The notes under the pieces are model-generated. The model saw only the letters and a program-made list of their open reading frames with translations, ran no database searches and was not told the DNA's origin. The position numbers were made by a program, and so were the translations under genes. A DNA stretch of 60,931 bases, taken from Anaeromyces robustus. Lineage: Eukaryota. The stretch is from contig MCFG01000398.1 in assembly GCA_002104895.1 (NCBI GenBank), positions 1 through 60,931 on the forward strand, given 5' to 3'. Positions 57,079-60,931 of the stretch are shown in pieces. Position 1 is the first letter of the stretch. The number at the start of each line of letters is the position of its first letter.

Positions 57079-57408
57079 ATTAAGAAAAAAACCATTAATG
57101 ATTAAAATAGAAATTGCTTAAATATGTATTATAATATTATTCAAAATTTTTAATAAAGTGTAATTATAAAAATATATTAAAATTTAAAAGGATATATCTG
57201 TAAATAATGGTTAATTTAATCATTTATATCCCTATTGAAATTATAAATATATAACAAATATATACTTGTTATATAATTCTCTTTTTTTTTTTAGTAAAAG
57301 GTTAATATTAATACTATGTAGATTTTGTCAATATTATTATTATTATTCATAAATTATTTGGTATATATATAAAATCTTATTAGATTAATGATATAATTAC
57401 TATAAACC

Positions 57409-57440
<32 letters not shown>

Positions 57441-57801
57441 AATAAACATATTTTTTATATAAAAAATTATAAATATTCATATTTTATAATACACAAAATT
57501 AAAAATTATACTACTTTTTTTTTTTTTTTATTTTTTTTTTTTTATTTTTTTTTATTTTATTTTATTATGTGTTTTTATATTGTTTATAAGTATTTTTTTT
57601 TTTTTTTTGTTTTTTATATTTATTCTTTATAATTATTCTTGCATTTTAAAGTACTTTTAAATTATTTTAAAATTTTTTTATGAACAAAATTCTTTTTTGG
57701 AATAATTATTTCTTTTATTCCAATTTTATTTTATTTTATTTATTTGTTTTACGATATTTAACTATTTGTTTAAATATTTTCAAATTTAAAATTTAATTTG
57801 C

Positions 57802-59686
57802 TTATTTGAAGACCTTACCGTCGACAACGGTAGTATTGTTGAAGGTTGGACCTTCCCAGGCAATGTAGTCTTCGTATTCAGCCTTAACCTTTGGATCAGA
57901 AGAGTCGACCTTAGTGAAGGTGAAGGATGGGTAATCTGGAACATCTTCAAGAAGAGCTGGGATCTTTTGACCACGGATGATGAAGTAACCAGAAATTTGG
58001 TTGTTGTTGTTTTCACCAGTAACAATTAAAGTACCGAAAGCGTACTTACGGAGAAGTTCCATTCTTTGGAAGAAACCACCAATAAGGTTACAAGACATGA
58101 AGGTTTGAGTAAGTTCATCGTTGTACTTGTAGTCAACTCTGTACATGGAGTAACCTTCGGCATCGTAGTTCTTCCAGAAGTAGTCGACAGCGTTTGGCTT
58201 GGTGTCGTTGTTAGAGTAGAATCTCTTCCAGTCTTCAAGGTTGAAAGAACTCTTTGGAAGTAAATCCATGGAACTCTTCTTCTTAACTTCCTTTGGCTTT
58301 TCTTCAGCTGGAGCTTCCTTTGGCTTTGGAGCTTCCTTGGCCTTTGGAGCTTCCTTCTTCTTTTCCTTCTTTTCCTTCTTTGGTGGAACGTATTGAGCTT
58401 GAACTTCGCAAAGCTTAATTTCACCAAGAACATTCTTGAATTGCTTCTTGTTAGCTAAGGTAAGGAACCAACGGTTAACATTGGTGTAAGCAGATCTGAA
58501 AGTTTGGTCGAAAACTTGTTGGTAAAGTTGGAGAAGGGAACAGAAAACAGTGATATCAGCAAGAGTAACACGTTCACCAACTAAGTAAGTCTTCTTAAGA
58601 AGAATGTTGTTTAAGATAGTCATAACTTTTCTGACATCTTCTTGAGCCTTGTTGACGGCATTCTTGTTGTATGGCATGAAACCAAGGATTGGGTATAACC
58701 ATTGAGCCATAGCTGGAATAATTTCATTGTCAGACATGAAGACGTATTGTTGGACTTGAGCAGCTTCAATTGGACTCTTACCTAATAAACCAGAATCCTT
58801 CTTGAGACTAGCAACTATTTTTTTTTTTATTAATAATTATTTTTTTTTTTGATTATACATATTTTTATTAAAGATTTATATAAATTTACATTAATATATG
58901 TTTATTTTCATCTATATTTTTTTTTTGAAATTTTATAATTTTAATTATTATTTTTTTTATTTTTTTACTTACTGTAGTAAGCAATAGCGTTACTTTCGTA
59001 AATGTTTCCTTCCTTACATTCAAAACCTGGAACCTTACCGAATGGGAATTTGGCAAGGTATTCTGGGGTCTTGTTGAATTTACCCATTTCAATGTCGGTC
59101 TTAACATTAACCTTAACATTGTTGTATTGGGCAGCAATAAGAGATTTAGCAACTCTGAATTATTTTTTTTTATAAATTTTTATAATTAAATATGAAAATA
59201 TATAAATAAATTATTTTTAATAAAATTATTTTCAATAAGATTATTTTTATTATAAACGATAATTATCAATTAAAGTAAACAATTATCTTTTATCAACATA
59301 TAAATATTTATAGCATTGTTTTAAATTTTATTCTATTTACCTTGGGTTGTTTGGGTAGGAGTAAATAGTACTGTTTATTTTTCAACAAAGTAAGAAAATA
59401 AATATATGTACATTTAAAATATATCAAATTATATATAAATATAGATTTTAAAATTAGTTTAAATTTTAATATTACTTTTATTTTTCATCATCTACTTTTA
59501 TTTACTTTTAATAAATAATTTATAATTTTTCTATATATATTCTTTATTTAATTATTTTTATTTTTTTTTTTTATTTTAAGATTTAATTTTTATTTTTATT
59601 TTTTCTTTTTTTTATTTTTTCCTATTATTCAATATTCTTTTATTCTTATTGATTTCCATAAAATCTTACCCAACAGCACCAGTCAT
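57802..59686 (-). CDS. EEF1G: Translation elongation factor 1-gamma (eEF1B-gamma), 413 aa
   Basis: Exons 59686-59670, 59370-59341, 59154-58973 and 58814-57802. GST-like N domain (KFPFGKVPGF, ESNAIAYY), Lys/Glu linker, and EF1G domain (FNLEDWKRFYSN..YKYNDELT..FMSCNLIGGFFQR). The C-rich third codon positions are typical of a highly expressed gene. Confidence 0.96.
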
Positions 59687-60657
59687 TTTCTTTATCTATA
59701 TAATTAAATTTTAAATTTTTTAAAGCGAGGTTCTAACTAACGGATTTTACTGCATATTATATAATAAAAAAATTTTTTGAAAAAAAAAAAAAAATATTTA
59801 GTGGCTTTGCCATTAACTCATTTGATTTGTTGAAAAGATCTTCATAAATAAAAATAATAAATTAAAGTTTTTATTAATATATGGAGAATACAATACCGAA
59901 TATATAAAGATTATAAAAATTATATTAAAATATATTTTTTATTTTATTTTATAAAAAAAAAAATTTATGTTTTTTTATAATAAATATGATAATTGATATA
60001 ATTAAAATAGACTAAAAATTATATATTATATATTATATATTATAATAAATTATTCTAATTACAAAATTATTATATAAAAAATAATTATTTATTATTTATT
60101 ATTTAATATAAATTAAATAGATTATTATATTATATTATATTATATTATATTATATTATAATTATATTATTATAAATGATGATGATTATTAATTTTTTTTT
60201 TTTGGGTTATTTTCTTCTTTATTTATACCAATTTTTTTACTAATAAAAAAAAAAACTCTTCATTATAAAAAATAAAAAAAATTTTTTTTTCATGGAATAA
60301 TATATAATAAAATACAATATAAATATTTATCATATATTTAAATAAGATCAATATAAATGTTAATATATTACAATATAAATTAAAATCAATTTTTTTTTTT
60401 TTTTGGTTAATGTAAATAAACAAAAATGGTTTATGATTTTAAACTTGTTAAACAGAAATCTTTTGTTTAATTATTTCATTATTATGCTGAATTTCTAAAT
60501 TTATACGCCTTTAGTAAATATTCTATATTTATAATTAATATTAATATTCTATATTTATAATTAATATTTAAAATTTTAAAATAAATCAATTTAAGAAAAG
60601 AATTATTTAATATTTTTAATATTAATAAAATTATGGTATATATTTTTATTCAATTAT

Positions 60658-60701
<44 letters not shown>

Positions 60702-60931
60702 GCAATAAAATAATGAAAACTTTATTTAAATTTAATTTAAAAAGTACATGTTATAAAGTAATTGTACATATTAAAACTTAATCTAATAAAGAATAATAAT
60801 TTATTATTTAATAGATAGTAATAATTTATAATTACTTCATATGGTATAGTGTATATTATTAAATTAAATCAAGTTGGAAAGTTATTATCATTATTAGATG
60901 CGTGTGACCTACTGTCTTGTCCTACTGAATT

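Noticed and set aside
60895..60931. GC-richer sequence at the window end
   Set aside because: Too short and truncated to interpret.

Overview
An extremely AT-rich eukaryotic window with GT-AG introns, long microsatellites and a fungal alpha-aminoadipate pathway gene. Its composition and gene content best fit an anaerobic gut fungus (Neocallimastigomycota), which is an inference. Bases 1-9.5 kb are a transposon nest: the 3' end of a Ty3/Gypsy chromovirus inserted into a related deleted element, itself inserted into a Mutator (MULE)-like foldback cluster. Both LTRs carry a tRNA-like Pol III A/B-box module. Host genes reconstructed by hand: RPT3, two intronless bacterial-type BAAT/acyl-CoA thioesterase paralogs, a secreted GPI-type Cys-rich protein, a 1523-aa TM+SH3 protein, a C2-domain protein, homoaconitase LYS4 with no mitochondrial presequence, a head-to-head pair of micro-exon genes resembling the lipidated N-terminal helix of G-alpha without a GTPase domain, and EF-1 gamma. 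The most striking signals are absent from the supplied ORF track. One is a 180-codon ATG-less frame (16863-17405, -) resembling the C-terminus of an RNA polymerase largest subunit, followed by a perfect 17-bp hairpin. The other is a frameshifted, fused guanylyltransferase + N7-methyltransferase capping-enzyme relic (~27.8-29.3 kb, -). Together they look like endogenised remains of the transcription apparatus of a cytoplasmic DNA virus or linear virus-like plasmid. All homology calls are motif recognition by eye; no searches were run.
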